Assembly: GCA_903851045.1 (NCBI GenBank) | Contig: CAINNF010000020.1 | Location: 1 to 54,157, forward strand | Length of the DNA: 54,157 nt | Reading direction: 5' to 3' | Source: Candidatus Adlerbacteria bacterium | GTDB taxonomy: Bacteria; Patescibacteriota; Minisyncoccia; Phycocordibacterales; SBAW01 | Part shown: positions 1 through 8,429 of the stretch, one piece after another | Layout: the number at the start of each line of letters is the position of its first letter | Numbering within the stretch: the stretch's first letter is position 1 | The notes under the pieces: generated by a model | What the model saw: the letters and a program-made list of their open reading frames with translations, nothing else | The model's database searches: none | What the model was told of the DNA's origin: nothing | Program-made: the position numbers and the translations under genes

Positions 1-1
1 C

Positions 2-1153
2 CTTACCGCTGGTTCGAGCGCCAACATTCTTCTGGGGGACGGTGCCTCATCCGGTGGCCCCACCACCGCAAAAGACACCATCGAGATTGGTAACCAGCTC
101 ACCGTACTCCCCCAAACCGCCTACGCCCAGCTCGACATCGGCAACCTGCTCTTTGGCACCGGTCTTGCCTCCACCTCGGTCATCTCAAGCGGCAGTATTG
201 GGATTGGTACCACCACACCCTACAGCCGCCTCACTGTCTGGGGACTCGATACCGCCTCTACCTCCGCCTTCGCGGTCGTCAACAGTGCTTCCACCACCGT
301 CTTCGCTGTCTATGACAATGGCAATGCTACCTACTCGGGCTCTATCTTCCAGAGTTCTGACCAGAGACTCAAGACCAACGTACTCTCCCTGGATGCCTCA
401 TCCTCGCTCGCCGCTATCGAAGGGCTCAATCCAGTCTCCTACAACCGTATCGACCAAGACACGGGCACCAACCTCGGCTTCATCGCGCAACAGGTGCAGC
501 AGCTCTTCCCATCGCTGGTCTCCACAACGTCTGCCACCGCCCTGACGCCTGATGGTACGCTCACGCTCAACTACGTGGGACTCATTGCTCCCATGGTGAA
601 GGTGATACAGACGCTGGCACAGGAGGTGACCAGTCTACACGACAGGGTTGCTTCGCTTGAGGCTGTGATGGCAGGTTTTGCGAATTCCTTTAGCTCACAC
701 ATTATACGGGGTGATACGGTCGAGGCGAATAGTCTTTGTGTCAAAAGGTCGGACGGTACTTCAGTGTGTATCACCGGTGATCAACTTTCGGCGGTGCTGT
801 CTGGCAACGCCCAACACCCCGTCGCTCAAAACCAAGACGCGACGACCATAGCATCCACCACCGAGGGGATACCCACACTCTCCATCAATGGAGACAATCC
901 AGCGGTCATCCATATCGGCGACACGTACAGCGACCTGGGTGCGGTGATTACGGGTCCGACTCCAGCAGACACGCATCTTGGTATCCATACTTTGGTGAAC
1001 GGCGCACCGACTGACCAGATATCGCTTGACACGAGCACGTCTACCACTTATTACATTACTTATGTGGCGACCAACTCGACCGGTACCGCTTCATCCACAC
1101 GGACGGTGACGGTCGAGAGTGTTGCTAGCATGATCGCAACCTCCACTCAATAA
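2..1153 (+). CDS. Tail-fibre-like surface protein, C-terminal part (5' end cut by the window edge). It has a peptidase S74 intramolecular-chaperone domain followed by an Ig-like (DUF5011-type) domain.
   Basis: Frame 2 is open from nt 2 (hand-translated, no stops) and joins listed ORF 494..1153. The translation contains SIFQSSDQRLKTNVLSLDASSSLAAIEGLNPVSYNR...GFIAQQVQQLFPSLV...LNYVGLIAPMVKVIQTLAQEV. This is the SDxRxK / GFIAQ signature of tail-spike S74 chaperone domains. The C-terminus PTLSINGDNPAVIHIGDTYSDLGAVI...YYITYVATNSTGTASSTRTVTV looks like a DUF5011 Ig-like domain. Confidence 0.8.
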   Translation, partial: LTAGSSANILLGDGASSGGPTTAKDTIEIGNQLTVLPQTAYAQLDIGNLLFGTGLASTSVISSGSIGIGTTTPYSRLTVWGLDTASTSAFAVVNSASTTVFAVYDNGNATYSGSIFQSSDQRLKTNVLSLDASSSLAAIEGLNPVSYNRIDQDTGTNLGFIAQQVQQLFPSLVSTTSATALTPDGTLTLNYVGLIAPMVKVIQTLAQEVTSLHDRVASLEAVMAGFANSFSSHIIRGDTVEANSLCVKRSDGTSVCITGDQLSAVLSGNAQHPVAQNQDATTIASTTEGIPTLSINGDNPAVIHIGDTYSDLGAVITGPTPADTHLGIHTLVNGAPTDQISLDTSTSTTYYITYVATNSTGTASSTRTVTVESVASMIATSTQ

Positions 1154-1157
1154 ACAT

Positions 1158-1631
1158 ATGACACATCCCTTGAAGAACGCACTACCATTTGTCCGACGCA
1201 ACATTCGCTGGATTATCCTTGTGTGTGTCGTTCTGCTGCTTGGTATCACTTTCGAGCTTGGTCGCTTGAGCGTCTATCGTGTGCACCCGGAGATAGCAAG
1301 CAATGAACAGGCGCAGGCGATTCTCGACCGTGTGGGAAAGTTAATCCAATTACCCACCAATGAGATACCCACGATGGCGACTATCCAGGATGCGACAAGC
1401 GCGAAGCAGGGTCAGCCGTTTCTCGCAAAGGCACAACACGGTGATGTCCTCATAGTCTACTCGAACGCAGCCGAGGCGATCCTATACCGTCCATCCACCA
1501 ACCTGCTCGTGAATGTGGGACCGGTAAGTACAAACAAATCCACAAACATGGCCGTCTCCACCGCTACGACGCCACCACCGGTAGCACCAGCCAACACCAC
1601 GAATGCAACCACGACTAAGAAGAAAAAATAG
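1158..1631 (+). CDS. Membrane-anchored hypothetical protein
   Basis: ATG lies 5 nt after the upstream stop. There is one N-terminal TM helix (IRWIILVCVVLLLGITF) and a Thr/Pro-rich tail ending in KKKK. No recognisable catalytic motif. Confidence 0.6.
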   Translation: MTHPLKNALPFVRRNIRWIILVCVVLLLGITFELGRLSVYRVHPEIASNEQAQAILDRVGKLIQLPTNEIPTMATIQDATSAKQGQPFLAKAQHGDVLIVYSNAAEAILYRPSTNLLVNVGPVSTNKSTNMAVSTATTPPPVAPANTTNATTTKKKK

Positions 1632-2490
1632 TATCCATGCGCGAGTGTTGGTCATGTTGGCGCTGTTTACGGTAGCTTCGAGCACCCAGGCCGCATCAAT
1701 TTCCTCGACCCACAACTTTGCCTGGGGCAATGTTGGTGGTTGGATCAACCTCGCACCAAGCAACGGAGGAGTGTCGGTCACGGACACGGCACTGTCAGGC
1801 TATGCATGGAGCGCTAACGACGGATGGATAAACCTCTCACCATCAACTGGAGGTGTCAAGAACGATGGTGCGGGCACTCTCTCCGGCTTTGCCTGGGACA
1901 GCAGTGTTGGGTGGGTCGCCTTTTCCGGTGTGACTATCGATGCTTCCGGTCGCTTCCACGGTCAAGCGTCAGGTGCGAATGGCTATGTCATCAACTTCGA
2001 CTGCGCCCAGTGTGATGTGGAGACCGCCTGGCGCCCAACGGCAATCCCCACTCCGACCCCAGCCTTGGCTTCAAGTGGCGGTGGGGGGACGGTGTCTGGG
2101 TCGCTGGCGGTGGGGTATGTGAACAACGATGTGACCTCGTCTGTCGCAGCAGTAGCTGTGGCTACGCCGTCAGCGTCTGAGGTTGTGCCAGTTGAGTCGC
2201 CACATACGACATCAGTACCGGCGTCTGGAGCATATCCGATGTCCAATACGCAGCCGCAATCACTGCGGGAAATGGGAGGAACACAGGTGATTGCCTCCAC
2301 ATCTGTTGGCAACTCGCATCTGGGGATATCCGGCGCACCGCGTGCAATCACACATATCCCATCGAGTCAGCCGATGAGTACCCATACTGGTTTTATACAG
2401 AAACACTTCGATGCGGTGTACATGCTCGTGTCGAGCATTATCGCGTTCATTTCGAATATAGCTTCTTTGTTTAAGTGGCCGTGGAGATAG
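1603..2490 (+). CDS. Secreted repeat protein with GWINL-type repeats and a C-terminal hydrophobic anchor
   Basis: Signal peptide MQPRLRRKNSIHARVLVMLALFTVASSTQA-AS. Repeated units GGWINLAPSNGGVSVTD / DGWINLSPSTGGVKND / VGWVAFSGVTID. C-terminal VYMLVSSIIAFISNIASLF. The start overlaps the upstream gene by 29 nt. Alternative starts are GTG 1645 and ATG 1654. Confidence 0.65.
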   Translation: MQPRLRRKNSIHARVLVMLALFTVASSTQAASISSTHNFAWGNVGGWINLAPSNGGVSVTDTALSGYAWSANDGWINLSPSTGGVKNDGAGTLSGFAWDSSVGWVAFSGVTIDASGRFHGQASGANGYVINFDCAQCDVETAWRPTAIPTPTPALASSGGGGTVSGSLAVGYVNNDVTSSVAAVAVATPSASEVVPVESPHTTSVPASGAYPMSNTQPQSLREMGGTQVIASTSVGNSHLGISGAPRAITHIPSSQPMSTHTGFIQKHFDAVYMLVSSIIAFISNIASLFKWPWR

Positions 2491-2566
2491 GGCATCTCTA
2501 CCAATATTGGGAATCTGTGTCATCGTGGGTTGTTTTACAAACCGTTTTCTGCTACTGTACCTTCTA

Positions 2567-3886
2567 ATGTTCGCATTGCGATACAGCGCTGTTTTAGTTT
2601 TGGTGACCGCCATCCTGGTGGGCGCTTTTGTATACTTCACCAACCATGGCCGCTTTGCCTTTAAGCTCGGTCTCGATCTCTCGGGGGGTACTCATCTTGT
2701 CTACGATGCCGACACTGCTAAGGTCCCGGTAGGGCAGGTGCCAGACGCTATGAACGCGCTCCAGGCGGTCATCGAGCGTCGCGTGAACGCCTTCGGTGTC
2801 GGCGAGCCAGTGGTACAGACCGAGCAGGGCGGAGCGCTCGGCAACAATGGTGCCTACCGACTCATCGTCGAACTTCCCGGCGTCACCGATGTCAACCAGG
2901 CGGTCGCTATGATCGGCTCGACCCCGACGCTGGAATTCAAATTGGTGAAGCAGGGCTTCGAGGCATCGACTACGCTCGCGAACGGCGACCCGAACCCGGC
3001 TGCGTTCGATGATACTGGACTGACCGGCAAGTACCTCACCTCTGCGGCGCTCCAGTTCGGCAACGGTTCCGCGCTGCAGACGAACCCAGTCGTGTTGGTG
3101 AATTTCAATAGCGAGGGCACCAAGCTCTTCTCCGACATCACGGGTCAGAATGTCGGCCGCGAACTCGGCATCTTCCTCGACGGTAAGCTCCTTTCCGCGC
3201 CGGTCATCCAGGTCCATATCGAGAACGGTAGTGCGATCATCTCCGGTAACTTTACCGCGCAGGGGGCAAAGACGCTTGCGACCAACCTTAACCTCGGTGC
3301 GCTCCCGGTACCTATCACGCTCGCCTCGACCGAATCTATCGGCGCGACGCTCGGTGACCAAGCGACGCATGCGGGTGTGCTGGCAGGACTCGTCGGCTTT
3401 ATCGCGCTCGCGCTCTTCATGATCTTTTGGTACCGACTCCCAGGACTCGTCTCGGTGGTGTCGCTCTTCATCTACTGTGTGCTCATGCTTGCGCTCTTCA
3501 AGCTGATCCCGGTCGTTCTCACTGCGGCGGGTCTTGCCGGCTTCATCCTCTCGGTCGGTCTCGCGGTCGACGCGAACATCCTCATCGCTGAGCGTATGAA
3601 AGAAGAACTGCACGACGGGAAGGCGACCCAGCCAGCTATCCGTGACGGATTCAACCGCGCCTGGAACGCGATCCGCGACTCCAACATCGCGCACATCATC
3701 GCTGCGGTCATCCTCTTTTGGTTCGGCACGTCGCTCATCAAAGGCTTCGCGCTCGTCTTCGGGCTGGGCGTCATCGTATCACTCCTTTCGGCCATCACCA
3801 TATCGCGCACCTTCCTCTTGGCGCTCGGCATGGACGCGACCTCAGGTGTCGGGAAGTTCCTGATGCGCTCGGGGCTCAATAAATAA
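2567..3886 (+). CDS. secD: Protein translocase subunit SecD
   Basis: GLDLSGGTHLVYDAD, IERRVNAFGVGEPVVQTE, LGIFLDGKLLSAPVIQ and the C-terminal multi-TM block ...GFILSVGLAVDANILIAERMKEE. The ORF is open from TTG 2507. I prefer ATG 2567 (MFALRYSAVLVLV...). Confidence 0.9.
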   Translation: MFALRYSAVLVLVTAILVGAFVYFTNHGRFAFKLGLDLSGGTHLVYDADTAKVPVGQVPDAMNALQAVIERRVNAFGVGEPVVQTEQGGALGNNGAYRLIVELPGVTDVNQAVAMIGSTPTLEFKLVKQGFEASTTLANGDPNPAAFDDTGLTGKYLTSAALQFGNGSALQTNPVVLVNFNSEGTKLFSDITGQNVGRELGIFLDGKLLSAPVIQVHIENGSAIISGNFTAQGAKTLATNLNLGALPVPITLASTESIGATLGDQATHAGVLAGLVGFIALALFMIFWYRLPGLVSVVSLFIYCVLMLALFKLIPVVLTAAGLAGFILSVGLAVDANILIAERMKEELHDGKATQPAIRDGFNRAWNAIRDSNIAHIIAAVILFWFGTSLIKGFALVFGLGVIVSLLSAITISRTFLLALGMDATSGVGKFLMRSGLNK

Positions 3887-3915
3887 TTACTTGTGGTGAG
3901 CGAAGTCGAATCCAT

Positions 3916-4824
3916 ATGAACATCAAGCGAAATCTCAAATACTTCTTCCTTCTCCCGGCGACACTATCGCTCCTCGCGCTCTTCGCTATCGTGGTTTGGG
4001 GACTGAAGCCGGGTATCGATCTGGCAGGCGGCTCCCTTCTACAGGTGTCCTATCCTGGTGGTCGCCCACCCGTCGAGCAGGTCAACGCGCTTACCGCACA
4101 GCTCGGCCTCGGTGAGGTGCGTGTGCAGCCGATCGGCACCAATGGGTACGTGCTGCGTCAACGTGATCTCTCACCGACCGAGAAGACGCAGCTTGAGACG
4201 GTGCTCGGTGGTCTCGGTACCATCCATGAAGACCAATTCACCTCTGTCGGTCCGATACTCGGGCATGAGCTGATGCAGAAGGCATGGATAGCGCTGACGC
4301 TCGTGACGCTTGCGATCATTCTTTTCATCGCCTTTGCGTTCCGCCATGTCTCTAAGCCAGTGGAGTCGTGGAAGTATGGCGTCGTGGCGATCGTCACGCT
4401 CGTACACGACGTACTCATCCCGACCGGCCTCTTCGCGTTCCTCGGATACGTGACTGGCGCCGAAGTCGGTACGCTGTTCATCGTTGCACTACTAACGATC
4501 CTCGGTATCTCGATCAACGACACCATCGTCGTCTTCGACCGTATTCGCGAGAATCTCGCGATCAATGCTGACCGCAACCGTAAAGAGGAGTTCGACTCGG
4601 TCGTCGGCCGCTCCATCATGCAGACGCTCGCTCGCTCCATCAACACCTCGCTCACGGTCGTCATCGTACTCCTGGCGCTCTTCTTCGTTGGTCCTGCGAC
4701 GACCAAAGACTTCGCACTGACCCTGATCGTCGGTATGATAGCGGGTACCTACTCTTCGATATTCCTTGCTTCGCCGCTACTCGTGGCATGGGAGCACTGG
4801 TCACGCACACTCGCGAAAAAATAA
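3916..4824 (+). CDS. secF: Protein translocase subunit SecF
   Basis: GIDLAGGSLLQVSY near the N-terminus and a TM block with ILGISINDTIVVFDRIRENL. Lies directly downstream of secD. Confidence 0.9.
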   Translation: MNIKRNLKYFFLLPATLSLLALFAIVVWGLKPGIDLAGGSLLQVSYPGGRPPVEQVNALTAQLGLGEVRVQPIGTNGYVLRQRDLSPTEKTQLETVLGGLGTIHEDQFTSVGPILGHELMQKAWIALTLVTLAIILFIAFAFRHVSKPVESWKYGVVAIVTLVHDVLIPTGLFAFLGYVTGAEVGTLFIVALLTILGISINDTIVVFDRIRENLAINADRNRKEEFDSVVGRSIMQTLARSINTSLTVVIVLLALFFVGPATTKDFALTLIVGMIAGTYSSIFLASPLLVAWEHWSRTLAKK

Positions 4825-4827
4825 GCG

Positions 4828-5559
4828 ATGCGGTCGGTCGGCATTATCGGGTACGGCAGTTTTGGGGCACTGATCGAGACGCTGATACGACGATTCTCTC
4901 CTGAAACGGAGGTACGGATCTTCTCGTCACGACGCGTACCGGATGGAGAGACTTTTTTCTCGTTCGAGAACGCAGCCGCCAGTGATGTGGTCATCCCCGC
5001 AGTACCTATCCATGCATTCGAAGAGACACTGAAGCGCCTCCTCCCCCGCATGCGACCCGAGGGGGTCATCGTCGATGTGGCGACGGTCAAGGTACATACT
5101 GTAGAGGTTTTGCGTCGACTCGCGACCGACCGACCCTATGTGGCGACGCATCCGATGTTCGGCCCCGAGAGCTACGTGAAGCGGGGGAACGACGTCGCTG
5201 GTCTTCGTATCGTCATAACGGAAAGCACGCTTCCTAAGGCAGATCACCTGAAGTTGGTTGGATTTTTACGCGCGTGTGGATTCTCTGTAGTGGAGATGTC
5301 ACCGGAGGCGCACGACAAGCATCTCGCCGAGACACTGTTTCTCACTCACTTAGTGGGACAGATCATCGTGCGTGGCGAGTTTGGTCGCACCGAGATAGAC
5401 ACCGTCTCCTTCGGCTACCTCATGGACGCGGTCGAGAGCGTGAAGCATGACACCGCACTGTTCCAGGACGTCTTCAGGTATAATCCATACTGTCGGCAAG
5501 TGCTCGAGCGATTCGGCATCGCCGAACAGTCGGTGCAGGCATTACTCGAGACGAACTAA
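4828..5559 (+). CDS. Prephenate/arogenate dehydrogenase family protein
   Basis: N-terminal Rossmann GIIGYGSFG, then VDVATVKV...ATHPMFGPES...SPEAHDKHLAETLFLTHL, as in TyrA-family dehydrogenases. Starts 4 nt after secF. Confidence 0.7.
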   Translation: MRSVGIIGYGSFGALIETLIRRFSPETEVRIFSSRRVPDGETFFSFENAAASDVVIPAVPIHAFEETLKRLLPRMRPEGVIVDVATVKVHTVEVLRRLATDRPYVATHPMFGPESYVKRGNDVAGLRIVITESTLPKADHLKLVGFLRACGFSVVEMSPEAHDKHLAETLFLTHLVGQIIVRGEFGRTEIDTVSFGYLMDAVESVKHDTALFQDVFRYNPYCRQVLERFGIAEQSVQALLETN

Positions 5560-5571
5560 GTCATCATCTGT

Positions 5572-6135
5572 ATGATCATCGGTATCACGGGAACGTTGGG
5601 TGCAGGGAAGGGGACGGTCACCAATTTTCTTGTTGCACACAAAGGATTTCTGCATGTTGCGGTGTCGGGGTCAGGTTTCTTACGGGATGAAGCGCGGCGA
5701 CGAGGTTTGCCGCTGGAGCGACCGATCTATCAGCAGATTGCCAACGAGTATCGAGCGAAAGGTGCGACGGGGTTGATGGAGGCGGTGTACGAGAGCGCGA
5801 AAGATGACATCATCAGTGGCGCAAACATTGTGCTCGAACCTCAGCACACTGCTGCCGAGGTTGCGTTCATAAGATCAAAAGGCGGTATCGAGCTTTCTGT
5901 CGATGCCGATCTACCCATTCGGTACGAGCGTATTCATGCGCGTGGCAGTGAGAAAGACCATGTTACCTTCGAAGAGTTTTTGGCGATTCAAACACAAGAG
6001 CTTCATTCTGACGATCCGAACAAAAATAACCTTGGTGCGGCCATTGCTTTGGCGGACTATCACCTCACCAACAACGGCACTCCGGAGGAGCTTTTTCGGC
6101 AGGTCGAAGAGGTGCTCAAAAAAGCCTTATTTTAG
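5572..6135 (+). CDS. P-loop nucleotide kinase (dephospho-CoA-kinase / NMP-kinase-like); specificity not assignable
   Basis: Walker A GITGTLGAGKGT at residues 4-15. About 187 aa, with small-kinase layout. Confidence 0.6.
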   Translation: MIIGITGTLGAGKGTVTNFLVAHKGFLHVAVSGSGFLRDEARRRGLPLERPIYQQIANEYRAKGATGLMEAVYESAKDDIISGANIVLEPQHTAAEVAFIRSKGGIELSVDADLPIRYERIHARGSEKDHVTFEEFLAIQTQELHSDDPNKNNLGAAIALADYHLTNNGTPEELFRQVEEVLKKALF

Positions 6136-6160
6136 GCTATATTTTTGCACACCCAAAAGC

Positions 6161-6188
6161 TTGACTTCTGAGTGTGGGCGGCTATACT
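6161..6188 (+). promoter_or_regulatory. Sigma-70-like promoter (TTGACT - 16 nt - TATACT)
   Basis: ttgact 6161-6166, 16-nt spacer, tatact 6183-6188. The predicted TSS at ~6195 coincides with an ATG at 6196. Confidence 0.6.
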
Positions 6189-6194
6189 GTGCCC

Positions 6195-6263
6195 TATGAC
6201 TGCTTAACGGTAGACACCCCAAAAGAGTTCGAGGGTGTCCCGCCGTAGGCGGGCTTGTTTTTT
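6195..6263 (+). ncRNA. Candidate ~70-nt promoter-to-terminator transcript (small RNA, or terminated leader of the 16S gene)
   Basis: Bounded by the 6161-6188 promoter and the 6239-6263 terminator. Contains hairpin GACACCC(6213-6219)/GGGTGTC(6233-6239). The only ORF is ATG ACT GCT TAA (3 codons). Confidence 0.3.
6239..6263 (+). terminator. Intrinsic terminator
   Basis: cccgcc-gta-ggcggg hairpin followed by cttgtttttt. Confidence 0.65.
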
Positions 6264-6303
6264 GAAAACTGAATACAGAAATTGTAACAAGATTACATCG
6301 CGT

Positions 6304-6333
6304 CCCGCGAAGCTCGAATAGAGCGACGTGGGG
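6304..6333 (+). repeat. GC-rich hairpin repeat, copy A (CGAAGCTC..GAGCGA core)
   Basis: cccgcgaagctcgaatagagcgacgtgggg. Outer CCCGCG/CGTGGG and inner GCTC/GAGC pairings. Shares its core with copies at 8238, 9086 and, reverse-complemented, 6339 and 16331. Confidence 0.55.
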
Positions 6334-6338
6334 CAAGC

Positions 6339-6368
6339 CCGCCGTCGCTCAAGCTATGGCGGGCAAGC
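6339..6368 (-). repeat. GC-rich hairpin repeat, copy B (opposite orientation)
   Basis: ccgccgtcgctcaagctatggcgggcaagc, with a CCGCC/GGCGG stem. It is 27/30 identical to 16331-16360 inside msrB. GCAAGC occurs on both flanks (6333-6338 and 6363-6368). Confidence 0.6.
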
Positions 6369-6462
6369 AAGACACCTAAAAAATCCTTCCGATTTTCCAC
6401 CGGGAGGCTCTCCACTACTCCACGAAGAGTGAGTGGGAGAAACAGTAAAAACGAATGAATAC

Positions 6463-6492
6463 GAGAAGCGAAATTTCTCTTGTTCCGTTTTA
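6463..6492 (+). other. 5' strand of the pre-16S processing stem (RNase III-type)
   Basis: gagaagcgaaatttctcttgttccgtttta pairs over ~28 bp with 8202-8233 (one mismatch, one bulge, one G-U; paired by hand). Confidence 0.7.
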
Positions 6493-6550
6493 CCCCGAGG
6501 GTCGCGCAAGCGACATCGAGGGGTTCATCTATTGGACCTGGTAACAGGTC

Positions 6551-8010
6551 TTTAATCAGAGTTTGATCCTAGCTCAGGATGAATGCTGGCGGCGTGGATG
6601 AGTCATGCAAGTCGAACGCCCCGCAAGGGGAGTGGCAGACGAGGTAGTAATACGCAGGTACGCACCGAAGAGTCGGGCATAGCTAGCCGAAAGGCTAGGT
6701 AATTCCCGATGGTCCCTCCGGGGTAAAGTTTTTTCGCTCTTTGAGCGGCCTGCGCGGTATCAGTTAGTTGGTGAGGTAATGGCTCACCAAGACGATGACA
6801 CCTAGGGGAGCTGAGAGGCTGACCCCCACCGATAGCACTGAGACACGGGCTATACATCTACGGATGGCTGCAGACGAGAATATTCCGCAATGGGCGAAAG
6901 CCTGACGGAGCGACGCCGCGTGGTTGATGAAGTCCTTCGGGACGTAAAAACCTTTTATGGAGGAGGAAATTTTGACGTTACTCCATGAATAAGGGGCTCC
7001 TAACTCTGTGCCAGCAGGAGCGGTAATACAGAGGCCCCAAGCATTATCCGGAATCACTGGGCGTAAAGGGTGTGTAGGCGGTCGTGTTAGTCTTTCGTAA
7101 AAGCTTTTCGGCTTAACCGAGAAACTGCGGAGGAAACGGCACGACTGAGAGGTTGCGAGAGGTAAAGGGAACTCATAGTGTAGGGGTGAAATCCGTTGAT
7201 ATTATGGGGAACACCAAATGCGAAGGCACTTTACTGGCGCACACCTGACGCTGAGACACGAAAGCGTGGGAATCGAACGGGATTAGATACCCCGGTAGTC
7301 CACGCCCTAAACGATCCGAACTAGCTTTACGGAGTATCGACCCTCTGTGAGGCGTAGCTAACGCGTTAAGTTCGGCGCCTGGGTAGTACGATCGCAAGAT
7401 TAAAACTCAAAGGAATAGACGGGGACTTGCACAAGCGGTGGATCATGCGGCTCAATTCGATGGCAAACGAAAAACCTCACCAGGGCTAGACATCCAGACG
7501 AAAATCCTCAGAAACGAGGACCTTCGCAAGACGGCTGGACAGGTGATGCATGGTCGTCGTCAGTTCGTGGCTTGAGTTGTTCCCTTCAGTGGGGTAACGA
7601 ACGCAACCCTCGTTGCCTGTTTTATTAGTCAGGCGAGACTGCCCCCTCACGGGGGAGGAAGGTGAGGATGACGCCAGATCAGCATGTCCCTCTGATGCCC
7701 TGGGCTGCACGCATGATACAATGGTCAAGACAACGGGTCGCGACGGGGTAACCCTGAGCTAATCCTTATAAACTTGGCCCCAGTTCGGATTGAGGTCTGC
7801 AACTCGACCTCATGAAGCCGGAATCGCTAGTAATCGCTGGTCAGCTATACAGCGGTGAATACGTTCTCAAGTCTTGTACTCACCGCCCGTCAACTCAAGG
7901 GAGTCGGGAGTACCCGAAGCCCGCCTTACGGCGGTCCACGGTAAACTCGATGACAGGGAGTAAGTCGTAACAAGGCACGGGTAGCGGAAGCTGCTCGTGG
8001 AATAATTCAA
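6551..8010 (+). rRNA. rrs: 16S ribosomal RNA, short and divergent; the 3' end is uncertain
   Basis: Landmarks: agagtttgatcctagctcag from 6558, gtgccagcaggagcggtaatac from 7008, attagataccccggtagtcc from 7282, aaactcaaaggaatagacgggg from 7403, tgtactcaccgcccgtca from 7875, aagtcgtaacaagg 7962-7975. Helix 45 is cacgggtagc-GGAA-gctgctcgtg at 7976-7999. Confidence 0.93.
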
Positions 8011-8201
8011 ATTGACTACGTTTTGTGCCTCAATTGAGCACAAAACTAATTGGCGATCTCATCACTTCGCAAGAAGAGATGTTAGGGATGATACTACTAA
8101 TCCTATATTGTAGTCGCTGTTCGAAAGGACGTACCTTCCATACGCGTCAGGAAGGAGATGACCTCTGTAGTATCTCTCTAAAATAGGGAGAGAACAGGAG
8201 G

Positions 8202-8233
8202 TAAAGAACGGAACAAGAGAAAGTTCGTTTCTC
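8202..8233 (+). other. 3' strand of the pre-16S processing stem
   Basis: taaagaacggaacaagagaaagttcgtttctc is complementary to 6463-6492. It lies ~200 nt past helix 45. Confidence 0.7.
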
Positions 8234-8237
8234 TTTT

Positions 8238-8270
8238 AGTCGACCGAAGCTCAAAGGAGCGAAGGCGACT
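8238..8270 (+). repeat. GC-rich hairpin repeat, copy C
   Basis: agtcgaccgaagctcaaaggagcgaaggcgact. Near-palindrome with the same CGAAGCTC..GAGCGAAGGCG core. Confidence 0.55.
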
Positions 8271-8371
8271 AGGTTGGCCCTACTTCGCATACAGCTACGT
8301 AGGGTACGGTGTGATCTCGTTACAAAAACCAGTAAAACCCCTGACGGGGATTTTCGGCGTTACTGTGTGTA

Positions 8372-8400
8372 TAAGAAAAAGACCGCCCTTTCGAGCGGCC
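8372..8400 (-). terminator. Probable intrinsic terminator of the minus-strand speD-like gene
   Basis: On the minus strand: gccgc-tcgaaag-ggcggt hairpin followed by ctttttcttat. Lies 30 nt downstream of the stop at 8430. Confidence 0.45.
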
Positions 8401-8429
8401 TTTCGTCACGCAGCGTCAGGCGCTGGAGA

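Noticed and set aside
42-545. 167-aa Pro/Ser-rich ORF at the window start
   Set aside because: It is an alternative frame of the S74 tail-fibre-like gene. It is low-complexity, and frame 2 carries clear S74 motifs through the same nucleotides.
2594-3694. 366-aa minus-strand ORF inside secD, and similar ORFs inside secF
   Set aside because: They are charged low-complexity antisense frames. The secD and secF motifs are unambiguous on the plus strand.
6603-7728. ORFs of 74-97 aa listed within 6603-7728
   Set aside because: They lie inside the 16S rRNA gene and are spurious.
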